Of a stretch of 64,000 bases of DNA, positions 26,001-39,507 are shown in pieces; within the stretch, counting starts at the first letter, position 1, and each line of letters opens with the position of its first letter. The stretch comes from Auanema rhodensis. Its lineage: Eukaryota > Animalia > Nematoda. The notes beneath the pieces were generated by a model. That model was not told the origin of the DNA, searched no databases, and saw only the letters and a list, made by a program, of their open reading frames with translations. Where the stretch lies: positions 11,470,001-11,534,000 of the forward strand of contig OZ059898.1 in assembly GCA_964057225.1 (NCBI GenBank), in the 5' to 3' direction. Both the position numbers and the translations under genes were made by a program.

Positions 26001-27555
26001 TAATTTGTATTGTCGTGATCCTCTATCGTCAATCTATTAAATTTCTGATACATATCCTCCTCAGCACTCGTTCTATCTCTCTCTCCCTTTCTCACTGTCA
26101 GCTCTTTTTTGATTTATCTTTATTAGCTTTTGACTCTAATCGTTCTTTGCTGTACCGTTCAGAAACTTGTATAATTGTAATTTCTTTTCCTTTTCTCTTG
26201 TCATGACAGGCCACACAATACGACACGAGACGGATACCGTCTCACAGTGGCATCTGCTGCTGCTGCTGCATCGTATCCGCAGTCTTCATTACCACCATCA
26301 TCATCGTTGTCGTTGTCGTCGTCGTCGTAGTTTTTTCTTTTCACAAAAAAGCTGATTGATGACTGAATTTACCGTCTACTGACGTTGAGAACAGAATGGC
26401 GGTCGTAGTCATCTGCACACACAGACACACATACATGCATACCTACAGATACAAAACGTCAACAGTATCTGAATCATGATGTCCTCGGCATCGCCGGGTG
26501 GCAGTTGGACGTTGTTCTCGTTGTAGTCACCCTTGCCGCCTACTGAATTTCTCATTGACGACGAAGATAGTAGTAATGATGATGACAGATGATTCTGACA
26601 TATCAACACATATCAACACAATACAGCAATAGATTTTAAAGTTATTTCACATAGTTTTTTTTTTTAGTTTACCATGTAATGTGTGAATCTTTCAAGCTGA
26701 ACGGTACAAGCATAGATTAAAGTATCCAAAGTATCCAAGTTTTGACCAAAAGTCAGAATTTTTAATTTCCAAAAGCTTCAAAGCTTCTATTTTATAAACT
26801 ATGAAAAAATTGATCATTTGATAAGGATTCTTCGGTCCCGTTGCTTAGATACTGTGAACAACCTTTTCCCATTGTTCTACGTTGTTCATACATCATTATT
26901 TTTGTTATTATTATTAATCTTAAAACAAAAGAAGAAATAAAGCTGTCTATTATGCTTAAACGAAGTTGGACTAACCGATCGATCATATTCATTTTTCGTT
27001 TAGCGACCAAAAGATCATTGAGTAACCTGTGTCGTTAAAATTCTAAACGATAAGCTCATGAACCTGATGTTTCTTTGAAAATACCTTTCAGTTGCCATGG
27101 ATTTCAAACATTTTGTTCCCATTGTCTTATTCAGTTTATAGGTAGACCAGCTTTTGCAAGCTTGTGGTACGATATGAATGTATATATACATATGTATATT
27201 GTCTTGCTCTTCTTATAGCACTTTGCTATCTGCAAAACTCAGACAAAGCTATTTTCTAATCTCCAGCCTAGCTTGTTTCTCTATAAGCTTCAAGCTCTTA
27301 TCAACGTGACCAAGTGAAACATACGATCTTCTTTCACTCTTGTTCGCCTCTCTTGTTTCATCCTTCTATCTTTCCATCTCTCCCTTGTTCTCTCTCTTTA
27401 TCTTCCATACTATCTGCCAAAGCTGACCAGTACTCTCCGTACTTGTGCTATAGCTATCTTAGTTCGTACTTTATTCTCATGCTTTCATGCTTCTCTACAA
27501 TTTTTGTTTCGCTGATAGATGCTTTAAAACTTTATTTTTGTCTTTTTCAGACGCG

Positions 27556-30500
27556 ATGTCGGTGGCCCCTCGTAGGGCTAGACCGAGGTCATGCAAGTTC
27601 AAGCTATATCAGATCACATTTTTTTTGCAAAATAGGCACATAAGTAAGAAAAAATATTATTTTATTTATGTGTTACTATTGTAATTTCAATTTTTTTTAG
27701 ATTTTTTGGAAAATCAAATACAGGGTCGATTCAGGCGGCTTGGCTTATACATTGGTTCACATCCTGGCTTGTTCATCATAATATCATTAGTTTTATCGTT
27801 GTTTTCCATTGGATGCTATAATATAAAATTTGCTCAGAATCTGCAGGTATAAGCATTCAACAATCGTTCAAGCTTAAAGTATTCATTCACTTTTAGGACG
27901 GGTTCGTGGCAAAAAACTCTATGGCACGGGTAGAACAAGCAGTGAAGGTACGATTTTGAACCAATTTGGTTTGGAAATAAAAAAAAACTATTTATTGATA
28001 CAGCTATTAGTATTAGTAATTTGCACAATCTCTTCAACAAATATTGAAGTTTTATGCAAGTTTTAAGCTCGAATTCATGCTCATGACGTTGACGTGACGT
28101 CCACGTGAATACGTCTTTGTCAATTTTATTAAAATTGTTACAAACGAGTTTTGAATTGAAATGAATAGAGAAAAAAAGCAAAAAAAGTACAAAGAAAAAA
28201 ACTATTTTCAAACATTTTTCTTCTGGAAAACTACAATATTGAAGTGTATTAGATGGAAAGTAAAATCACATTTATGCACATTATACATCAACATATAGAA
28301 TTGAGGAAGAACGTATAATCAAAATACTTAAAAGATTAAGCTAGCAAATCGTATAATCAAACTATACAAATTGAAAATACATATGTGTTGAAATAGTTTT
28401 TTTCTTCGAAAAATAGGGAGAAAATGAATATCATGATGACGTTTCCGTTTCCGTTTCACCACCTTCAAATCCATGTTTCAGGCAGAATTTGATGGAGAAC
28501 AGACAAGTAAAGTTCAACGATTTGTTATATTGGTGCGAAGAGTTGATGGGGGTAATATACTGGATCGCAACTACTATACTAGGCTACAAGACGTAAGTGA
28601 AGATACATATTACTCTAAGACTATTTCTTTATATTTTATTTATTTTGTTATAGTTACACGATCATATAGTTAGCAATATAAGTGTTACAATAGATGGAAC
28701 AAGTTATGTTCATACGGGTCTTCAAGGAAAATATACCAACGTCAATGTTTTATTGTGGCATATGATTGTAAGAGAAAAAAAAACATTTTTTATCGTTTTA
28801 ATCATATTATTTTTCTTCAGAAATGTCTTGATGGCGTTTACAATAATTCGAATGTGTACTTAGATCATCCTCAATCTCGATTGTACGGGTATCCAATACT
28901 TATAGCTCCCCATGCTTTTGGTAAGTTGATTTCTAAGTTGCAAGCTCGCAATATGAAATAAGAAATTCAAAAAGTATTGTTATATACTATATTATAGGTA
29001 TAACAAGAAAAGAAGCAAGTGAAACTGATTTATCTAATTTGGGACAAACTATTCATGTACCATATAATAGCCAAAACTCATTCCCGGTACGTGACTATGA
29101 GATGAATTCAGAAGTTATTGCTTTTTATCTTTTTTCTTTTTTTTAGGAACACAGCAATCGTACGGGTATAAAAGGAGTTAAAATGATTTCAATGTATTTT
29201 TCTGCTCCAATACCTGATGATAACACCACGAATATTATCACCAAGTGGGAAACAGCTGTTTTCAATTGGGCTTATGCTGATAATCGGGAATTCAATGAAT
29301 TCCGGATAGATGTTATGGGTGATAAAGTATAATTTTTTATTACAACATGTTTGTGCTAAGGTAAACTTTATTTCAGATCTTGGGACAAGAAATGATTCGG
29401 GGAGGCTTATCCCTGTTAGACTACTTAGCTTTTGGAATTGCTGTTACCATCATATTTGTTCTTATCATCATCGTTTTCACATACTTTGCTGCTGGCCGAC
29501 GTGATTTCGGATGGATTTTCGTTGTTGTTGGTAAGTTAAGCTTGAAACAGTTATACGGAAATAAAGAAAAACAGAGCATTTAAATTGAAAATTCAGGAAT
29601 GATAGCATCACCTATGATTGCCATTATCATGACTTTTGGCCTGATTCATGGAATTCTGGGTGTCGACATGTATCCAACGATTATGGTTATACCATTCCTT
29701 ATCCTAGCTATAGGTTTACTTCATCAGCTCAGCTTCAACTAAGAAACTCAAAATTTCAGGTGTTGACGATGCCTTCTTAATGAATGGAGCATTCCTAGCA
29801 ATGCAGGAAGAATACCGAGACACTGAAGGTGGAAAGGGTCATACGGTAGTAGCTGTAATCTTTTCTAAGGTTCATCTCAAATTTCTCGTTTAATTCACCA
29901 AACCTTACTTCCATTTCTAGGTATTAGAATCTGTTGGGCCATCGATTACGATCACTTCTTTGACAAATGCCATAGCTTTCGGCATCGGAATCCTAACTGA
30001 TTCTCCTGCAGTTCAAGTAATCAAAGACCAAATCACATTCTAAGTTCTAATCTTTTCATTTCCAGGTTTTCTGCTTATCTGCTACCGTTGCCATAATTTT
30101 CGATTATATCCTGGAAATTATCTTATTTGGTAGTATGCTTGTATATAGTGGTCGATGCTACAAAGTACATATTTTGATTCAATTCCAATCAAAACTTTCT
30201 ATTTCAGACTTGCTCAAGCACCGAAAAACTTCGTGAAAGTATGGATAAATTCAAAAAATCCATCATAAGATGGTATTCTCGTCTTCTCACCAATCAGACG
30301 ACTCGCGTCTGTGTTGTGGCAGGAACGCTTGTGTTCTTCATCTTCAGCTTATATCAAGCTGTCACGATTGAGATTCAGATCAACTCTCAGAAAATTATTC
30401 CAAAAGATTCTGTTCTGTTGGAAGCTGACCGACTCTTCAGAGAATATTATTGGAAAGTATGTGAAAAGCGTCTTTTTTCAGTTTCATGTGAACATTGATT

Positions 30501-32216
30501 TCAGGAATATGAGCCATTATACATCTACGTGAATAAACCACCTGAAATTCTGGACGCCAATACATTGACTGAGCTGAAGACTATGATTCATGATTTTGAA
30601 ACAATGCCAAGATCAATAGGAAATAAGTCTACAGTACTATGGTTAACAGATTATGAAAAGGTATATTTGTTTTTTATATATTTTATTAGAAAAATATATT
30701 TATTTTTATTAATTTTCAGGCATATCAGCCATTATATGATTTTCATAATTTGTGGGGAGATTTTCCATTATCATATGATGAATTAAATCATTTCTTAGAA
30801 GAAACACCAGCAAAAGATATCTGGAGCAGCTTCGTTCATTGGCATCGAGATGACAAGTATGTCGCTTTTTTTCATTTTTTTACTTCAACATTTCAATTTT
30901 GCTTATTACAGAGGTCATAATATTGTGGATAGTTTTCATTTTATGACTGGAATTCATAATGGAACAACATGGGAAGAACGAGCTTCAAATATGTTACAGT
31001 ACGTTTCAATTAAACTTAAGCTCATAAGCAACTTTATCATAATTTAGTTGGAGGGATGTTGCTGAAAAATGGAAAAAATTCAATGTGACAGTTTTCTCAG
31101 AGAATTCTGCTGTTTTTGAAGGTATTATTCATTATGGTTATGCATATCTAATTGATTTTCAGGTATTCATGGTATTCCACGACAAACTATAATGGCTACA
31201 CTATTAACACTATTTTCTATGATTATAGTTTGTTTAATATTCATTCCTTCCATCGTTAGTGTCATGTTTGCTGCTTTTGCTATTCTTAATATCAGTATTT
31301 GTAAGTTTTATTTCTGAACTTATATCAGTTTTATCAACAACATAACAATGAAATATATACTTTATTGTACTGTAGGTGTAATCGGCTTCTTACACTGGAC
31401 AGGCTTCAATCTCGATCCCGTTACTCAGGCTTCAATTCTGATGTCTATTGGCTTCAGTGTTGATTTCACAGCTCATATCTCTTTTCATTTCCAAAGTGCA
31501 TGGTCACGATCAAATAGGTAATTCATAGTTCGTACTGTATGTAGCAAACTCAATTACATTGTTTCAGCTTAACAACAACTCAGCAAGTTCTTGAGCATAC
31601 ATTTGATGCTGTCGGTACGGCTATGCTGGAATCAGCAGCTTCAACAGTAGTTTGCTTCGTTCCACCAGCTTGGCACACTGATTATACACCACGGGTACGA
31701 TAATATCTAAAATTTGATATATTTTAATTTAATTTAATTCATTTAGGTATTTGTTGTTACTGTATTTTTCCTCGTTGCATATGGTGCCTTATTTGGCTTG
31801 TTCATACTTCCTACCATATTGGCAATGTTCCCTAAAACATTTTATATTATAGGTAAGTATTACTGTATTATTTTTTTTTTAATTTTCATGAATTTCCTGA
31901 CTTACGGTCACGTGATAACCCACGTATACATGCTTCATTTATATAAATTGCAAATGAATACGGTTGTTCCCTTTTAAGGGCAAGCAAAAAACAAAAATAA
32001 TTAATTTCGGAATGAAAATTTTTTTTTTATTTTTTTTTTTCAGAAAATCCATATCATGTTGAGCACGATCCTTTAACTGTGATGATCGAAAGTAAAGTGG
32101 ATTCCAAAAACGATAAACCGTCACTTGATGCACCTCTTCTGTTTGAAAATGCATCATCTAATTCATCTGAAAAGGATACAACATCATCACTTCTAACATC
32201 TAGTGATTCATCATAA
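27556..32216 (+). CDS. Patched-related (PTR) sterol-sensing-domain membrane protein
   Basis: ATG follows TTTTCAG. Motifs [98 protein letters not shown] and GLFILP. Stop at 32214-32216. The ptr paralog cannot be determined here. Confidence 0.92.
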
Positions 32217-33195
32217 TCTCAAAAAATGTATTCGGTTTTAGGTATCAATTTTGCAAGATCAAACACAGATACATTCATCTAGTTATCAACATATATTTAA
32301 TTAAAAATTTCCGGTCATTATCACTTGTGTACCGAATACTATCAATAACTCATGTTTTCTTTTTTATGAAATATTTTATAATATACATATTACAATAAGT
32401 TTCTTTCAGCTTAATGTTTCCCAAACTAACTCACTCACTTCACATGGCCATTCTGGTTGTTTTCGATTGTTTTTCTGAATGTTTTTTATAGTCAAATTAC
32501 GATTCTAGACCAAAAATTCATCTTCATCATCAAAACTTTCGTTATCATCAAATGCTAAAACATCGAATACTAACTATAAGCATCTCTTGCAATTAGATAA
32601 TTATAGTATCTCTATCTTTACTTCATTCTTGTATATCATTCAGTCATTTCTTTCTCATTTCTTCCTCATTCATCTTCCCTACCCCCCCCCTTCCCTCTAC
32701 TCCTTCCTTCTGCTCAATACCGTATGTGACTTGTGCTATCAAGTTTGATAAGTATACTAAAATTCTTTCAATTTCTATTTGAAAATTATAATTTTTCAGT
32801 TCTTATCCTGCCAAAATTATAGTTTTTTTTTTCGTTTTTTCTTGTTCAATTATATCAAAATTCTTTGTTTGTTTTCACAAGGTCCAAACGAATATGTAGT
32901 CCATCTGGTAAACTGGTCTGATTTGTTGGTTTTTTTTGTGTGCATTTATTCATGAAAATATGCTTTAAACATGCACTGTAATAAACATTAAAATTATATT
33001 TTCTTTCTTTTATTTAAATAATTTGACAAAAATAGATACAAACATGAGTTTTAAAGGACAAAAAAATACAAATAATGATTATAAGTTGGAATGCTGTTTC
33101 GAACCAAAATGAACAAAGCTTGATACATATATGATAATCATCCCGAAAATCATGAAACCTCGTGCAGAATCAATACAAATCATCTTCAATATAGT

Positions 33196-36100
33196 TTAGA
33201 TATTTTCTCTCAAAGTATTTATAGCACAAATGATTGAGAATTGAACAATTGAGATTTGATGAGCTATTTCTCTGCCTAGCTCATATCGCTGACGGTCTGT
33301 ATCAGCTTCTTTAAACGCTGAGATCTGCAATGAAAACATGATATATCAAATGAACTTTTTTTGAAGTTTTAAGAGGAAACTTACAGCATCACTGATAGCA
33401 GCCATCACTTCACTGGAATAACTATCTTTCGAGCTCACAGAGAAAAGAACATGACGAGATGCTGGTGCTCCAGGGATACCACGGGGATTGATAAAACATC
33501 TCTCTATCCTAGAAACAAGAAATATTGTTGAAAAATATTTGGAAGGAAAGCATTACCCCATCATTCTTTCATTAAGCGATGTGATTTGCTTGTTGTCATA
33601 AGGATTCTGAGCAAAAATTGCCCTAGCCCATATGATTGATGCCTCAAATTTCTTGCTTATATCGTAAAAGTCCTAAAATGGATATAGAGAATTGTCATTC
33701 GAATTGTTGTTACCTGAGCTGTTTTAGCGAGATATCCTAGTTGAGTCTTTGCTGGCTCAATAGCAGTAGCATAGTAATATATATCAGCTAACTCTTTCCG
33801 CAGAAGAGGCATGTATTCCTTGATAAAGGTATGAGCCAACTCTGTGGAATTGAAAGGAAGAACAGCTTCATCAGCAAAAACACGAGCAAGTTCAGCCCAG
33901 TATTGACCTAACCCACGATGAATCTGGAAATTTCAGATAATATTGAGGTTAAGGTAATAAGCATTTTCTTACCGCAAAGTTATTAGGATCCAATAAATGT
34001 TCATTGAGGAAAGGTGTTTCATATAACGAATGATACAAAGGATAAGTATCAAAAGTGGTCGTGTTCTTAAAGTTGAAATCAATGACAGGAACTCCAGCAT
34101 AATTTAGGAATGGTGCATGATCAGAACCACCTGATGGAACGGGAATCTTGGGCTTACCAAGTTCATCAGATGGGAAAGTTTTAACCCAGGAATCATACAT
34201 GGTATCTCTACCCTTTGCTCGCTATAAATCAAAGTTAATATTTCAGTTAGAATTACAACATGCTTACCTCTTTAGGATTTGGATTAGGAATACGCTTGGC
34301 AACATCTATAGCTACCTTGTACAGTGTTGGAACAGTGAATACATGCCTGAAAAGCAAGGTAGTTATAAAGTACACAAAAGAAATAAACTTACAAACTTGA
34401 ATTTCCTTGAATACAATCCATATTAAGATAAACAACAGCACGCTGTCTCAAGATGTCATGAAACTCTTCAACGAATTCAGTTGAACCAATTAGGCCATAT
34501 TCTTCTGCATCCCAAGCAGTGAACATGATAGTTCTTGCTAAAATCAAAAGATATTTCTTTAGTTTAGTAAATTTAAATTTTCACCTGGTCTCCATGATGA
34601 TACATTAGTTGTATGAACCATAGCTCGAGCAATTTCAGCCAACATAGCTGTACCACTGTTCGGATCCATGGAGCCATAAACCCAAGCATCGAAATGATTT
34701 CCAAGAATAACATAACGATCTGGTTCATCATGTCCTCGAATGTATCCAACAACATTACGAATTGTTCTAAATTATGATGTAAAGGTTTATTCATTTCTAC
34801 AAGTGAACAAACTTTTTCTGAAGATATCCACTAACATCAATAGTCAGACGTTCACCTTTCTTGAACCCAGGTCCAACTCTATATGTAACATTGACAAAGC
34901 CTGAAAGCGTAATATTTCATTGATATAAAAGTTCCAATTTTAAATTGTTAAGCAACAATATCTTTGCTTTTCTTATTCACCTTGCCAGTTAAGAGGCACT
35001 GGACGTCCATCCATTCGGGACAAAATTTGCCATGCAGTTGAATATGATACAGGTAATACAGGAATAGAAGGAATTACACCATCCCTTTTAGCCTAAAATA
35101 TATTAATTTGAAATAAAAAATACATATGTGTAATGTACGAATTCTAACCTGTTCTATAGTTTTTTGTGAGAACAGCTCTTTCTTACTTGGATAGAGTGGA
35201 GTAAGTGGATCACCGTCACCATGCATCAATGATCCTCGTTGAACACCTTCTTCAGGCATCCATATAGTATTTGGATAGATATGATCTGAACAATTTATTT
35301 TGAAACCAAGTATATGGTAGTTTACGTGGTTTTCACGTCTTGAAAACTCATTTTACCTCTTTGATTGCACGGAAATGGGTTGCATTTTTCAAAATTTCAT
35401 TAAAACCCAAATTTATCCCCGTATGTTAGCGGTCAATAGACCTTTTCTTATTTTGATTCATAAAATTGCTCACTTACTCTTATCAGTTCCTTCTCTGGCT
35501 ACATCACTTGGGTCTGAAAAGATAATAGCTCCTACGGCACCGTATTTCTGAGCAATGTGCACTTTATCTCCACGAAATCCTTCACCAAATCTCATCAAAG
35601 CGATTTTTCCCTGAAACTTTTATGTTGATGGCATTGTTACAAATTGTAGAAAGGACCTTAGGATCAACTCCCATGTTTTTCAAATTTTCGAAATCTTCTT
35701 CTTTTCCTCTGTTTACGTAGACTACATCAGCTGATACTCGACCAGATGATGCCCAAGCTAGCCATTGAATGCCAGCGTCTAAAAAATCAATTAAACTTTA
35801 ATGATCGAGATGTTCAATAATAAAATTGAAAATATATGAAATTCGAAGATAAAATCATACATTTACCAGATTGCTCCTGCTTGATGATAGCTGGACTTAT
35901 ACCAGATGAAGTAAAAATATTTTTTCCCTTTGAATCACTCAAATAAACTTTGTTTGGAGATGTGACATTGGGATATGATAGAAGTACTTCATATGGTACA
36001 AAATGAACATCTTCTAATCCTGCATCTTGCCAAAGCTTAGCAATTTGATAAGCTACTTTCTTATTAGCTTCTGAGCCAGCTATATGTGGATCTTTCGTTA

Positions 36101-37349
36101 ATAGCCTGAAATATTTGTGTTCTATTACTATTCCCTTAACATTCATTTGAGCATTTTCTCAAAATGTTTGAAAGTTACCTTAGATTTGATTTCATTCGGT
36201 TTGCATCAATGGCATTTATCAATATTGCAGAGATTGATTCATGAACATCTGAAACAGTTTTTGACATTTGTTTGTCATTTCAAATGGCATTCCTACCTTC
36301 AATAGTTTCGGTTCTTTGTACAGGCATTGGATGATCCTTGTGATATCTGCCGAGCAAAGCCACACCAAAGGTGAGAAAAATTGAAAAGAGAAGTAATGCA
36401 TAAACTTTTAGCATAGGTTTTCCCAATAAAGATGCCCTGGCTGAAAAAGAAAATAGAAAATAATGACTTAACTATATGTGTATAGTTAAAACCTCTTTAG
36501 TTCATTTTATTTTTTGTGACTTTGATAAGTTCAGATAAGATAAGTATTGTATCATTCAGATATAATATAAGATTTCTTACTTTTGATGAGCCTGACCTGG
36601 ATACCGGTTGATTATACACCAACTTTGATTTAGTTTTAATTTTTCATATTTTTTCGACAAATCAAATATTAAATTTATTGATGTATCATCAATATTTTAA
36701 TTATACCCTCTCAATTATGTTTTTCTCGAAAATATACAATTACATGTAGAAAACACGGATTCTACAGCTCTCATGTTAAATAGCTTGTATCTCTGATTTT
36801 CTCGTCATGATGCGTTTTTCATTAACCTGTTTCTAGTAATACACGTAGCTCTTCGTCCAGAAAATGCTTTTTTAGCCGCAGGAAAACTTGTTATTCGTCT
36901 TGAAAACTAGTCTCGCATACAGCCTTAGGTTGTAAGTGAGGTCACTCATCTCAATCACAATCAGGATATCCTCTTCATTCCAATAACCTTTATCATAAGT
37001 TTTCACATAAAATTGGATTAATTTAACTTTTTGTGAATGTATTCAATACAACATCAAGAAATTTTAAGCAGTAAATTTAATGAGAGTAAAGAATAGTTTA
37101 GAAGAAGCTAAATAAGGTCTTTATTCCATTTTCTTAACACATTTTGCCTGTCATCGTTTCCATTATCACTATCTTAACATGATGATAACATTAAAAAATA
37201 CGAAAACATGATCTTATACGAGTGCAGAATTAACTTATTTTTGAAAAATTCTCAATACTATGTTAAGAACATTCAAGATAAATTAAGAAAAACCCATTAT
37301 TTATTAAGAACTAACCATCGGGCTGAGATCCGATTCCAACATAAGGCAT
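33196..37349 (-). CDS. gcp-2.1: Glutamate carboxypeptidase II (M28B, PSMA-like)
   Basis: First exon [11 protein letters not shown] resembles the C. elegans GCP-2.1 N-terminus as I recall it. N-terminal TM, then [60 protein letters not shown] and [13 protein letters not shown] dimerisation-type C-terminus; TAA at 33196-33198. Confidence 0.93.
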
Positions 37350-38552
37350 CGTAACTGAAACAAAGGATTATATTGAATATTTTGCTGCTTAGATAGTTTT
37401 GAAACGTTTCGGAGATGAGTTAATAATAGTTCAACTACAGGCTGATAGTTCCAATTTTTTATGAAGTTTTAGAAAATAGTATCGAAAAAAAGATTTAAGA
37501 GATAAATTAAGACAAAAATCTTGCATTGAAAAACGGAGGAAACGGAGAGAAAGATGTGTCTCTTGATTAAAGCTAATGATGGCACTCGCTAGCCTTGTTA
37601 TCAACAGATGAACCTCTGATAACAGCAGTAGTCCAATTTTCGACCATTTATCTCTATGTCGAAGAAGTCCGGTTAATCTTGCTCTGAGTTCTGACATCGT
37701 CAGTTGTTGGTTGGCTCTGTGTATATTACGAGATGGCCACTACACCGAATCTGAGAAAGAATTAGAAACAAACGTTTGCAAATGCTTATCGTTTATTTCT
37801 CTCTCTCATATGAACCTGCTTATTTACCTCAATCTCTTAATGATTTCCCTGAAACTAATGAGGATTAGATAGATGGAAGTGGAGAGGGTGGGGGGGGGGG
37901 GGAGATAGAATGGTTCAGGATAAAGGAGATGTCGAATTCATATGATTATCTGATGATGTTGTAACATCGATCACATCACAATTACGAGATTGATAATGTC
38001 TTCCCTGTTACCTCTTGGCTAGCATCTGTTTTTTCATCACACAACTTGTACATGCCTTGTATTTCACATGAGCTTTTTTTGATTTAGAATATAATAACTA
38101 TATAGTACAACTTATATATAAAAATAATTTTTATTATATCATTTAAATCTTATAAACATATAAATTTTTTTGTAAATTATATGATATAATATACCCATCT
38201 TATGGAGAATAATAACAGATACATATGATGTTCAACTATAAGAACTACATTGAAACATAGACAATGTAGGACAAATAACAGAATCGTTTTGATATCAATT
38301 GCGACAAAAAAAAACGTTGGATGAGAATATAAGAAACTTGAAAGATAAGGAAAGTGAGATGAAAAATTGTCATAGATAACATAAAGTTATTGTAGGCCTT
38401 TCTTTGAACATATTAATCATTATGAATTTTTTGAATATGATAGATGAGAACTCCTTACTTCTTGGTGAAAGACAAGAGTGGGTGTGGGGGGGGGATGTTG
38501 CTGTGGAGATAGGTGTGGCTATTATTTTTGGAAATGATGGAAATGGATGAAT

Positions 38553-39507
38553 TTACATTTCTCTGATTCCGGCATGATGACAATACATAATTACATTCCA
38601 ATTGTATAGACATGTGACATCGTCTTTCGTGATTTTATCTATTGCTGTTCCAGAAGGATCACACATTCTTAAGCAGCGAGGCCCAACCTGGGATTTGCAT
38701 TAGATGAAATTTTGATCAAGAATAGCAACGGGTAGAATATGATTGTCAGATTCTATTATTCGCTTACCTGGAGTTGTGGAGCATTTAAATCTAAATCAGC
38801 ACAACATTTCCGATTGTCACGATTCTGACTAGCACAGTAGAGAATAGAAGATAAATATTTCAGATGACATTTCTTTTCTTTTACCAAGTTAACAAGCTGT
38901 AATTCAAGATAATATTAGAAAATGGAAGATGAAACTTTATCTCTATTACCATAGTTCTAGTTTTCATTTGATCAGTTTCGTAGTTGCACATGAAGTGGCA
39001 TTCTTCAGGAACGTACAATTGACAACAAGCATTGAAGAGCTTATTAGCTATAGACTTAGTTGTACAAGGCTGATAGTTCTTTTCAGCCGTTCCACATTTG
39101 GCCTAAATTTTGGATAACGAAAAACTATATGATGATATGTTGATATTTAAAATAGAAATAAAACAATCAAATTTTAAATAAAGAAAAACTTTAAAACAGA
39201 ACGCTATTGTAAACATACTGGCTCAGCAGGAGATCGTCGAACTTCTGAATGTGGTTTACGTTTAAGAATGGCCGCTTTACGATCTGGACAATTTTTGGAC
39301 ACATGTTTCAAGCATTTATTAGGTAGTCCACATTCCAAATTTATTCTAGTTGTACAGCAATCACCTAAAATAATATATTAAATTGAAAATTATATAATAT
39401 TTGGTATAACCTCTGTGAACATACGGGCATTTTTTGGATGTTTTTCCCGTTCTAACTACAGTTACAAAAATTGTTAAAAAGATGAGATGCAGTAGGAACT
39501 GTTTCAT
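38553..39507 (-). CDS. Secreted DB-module (Cys-rich, dao-2-like family) protein
   Basis: Five hand-spliced exons: signal peptide MKQFLLHLIFLTIFVTVVRT; DCCTTRINLECGLPNKC; KCGTAEKNYQPCTTKSIANKLFNACCQLYVPEECHFMCNY; YCASQNRDNRKCCADLDL; PRCLRMCDPSG...TCLYNWNVIMYCHHAGIREM*. All junctions are GT-AG and in phase. Confidence 0.88.
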
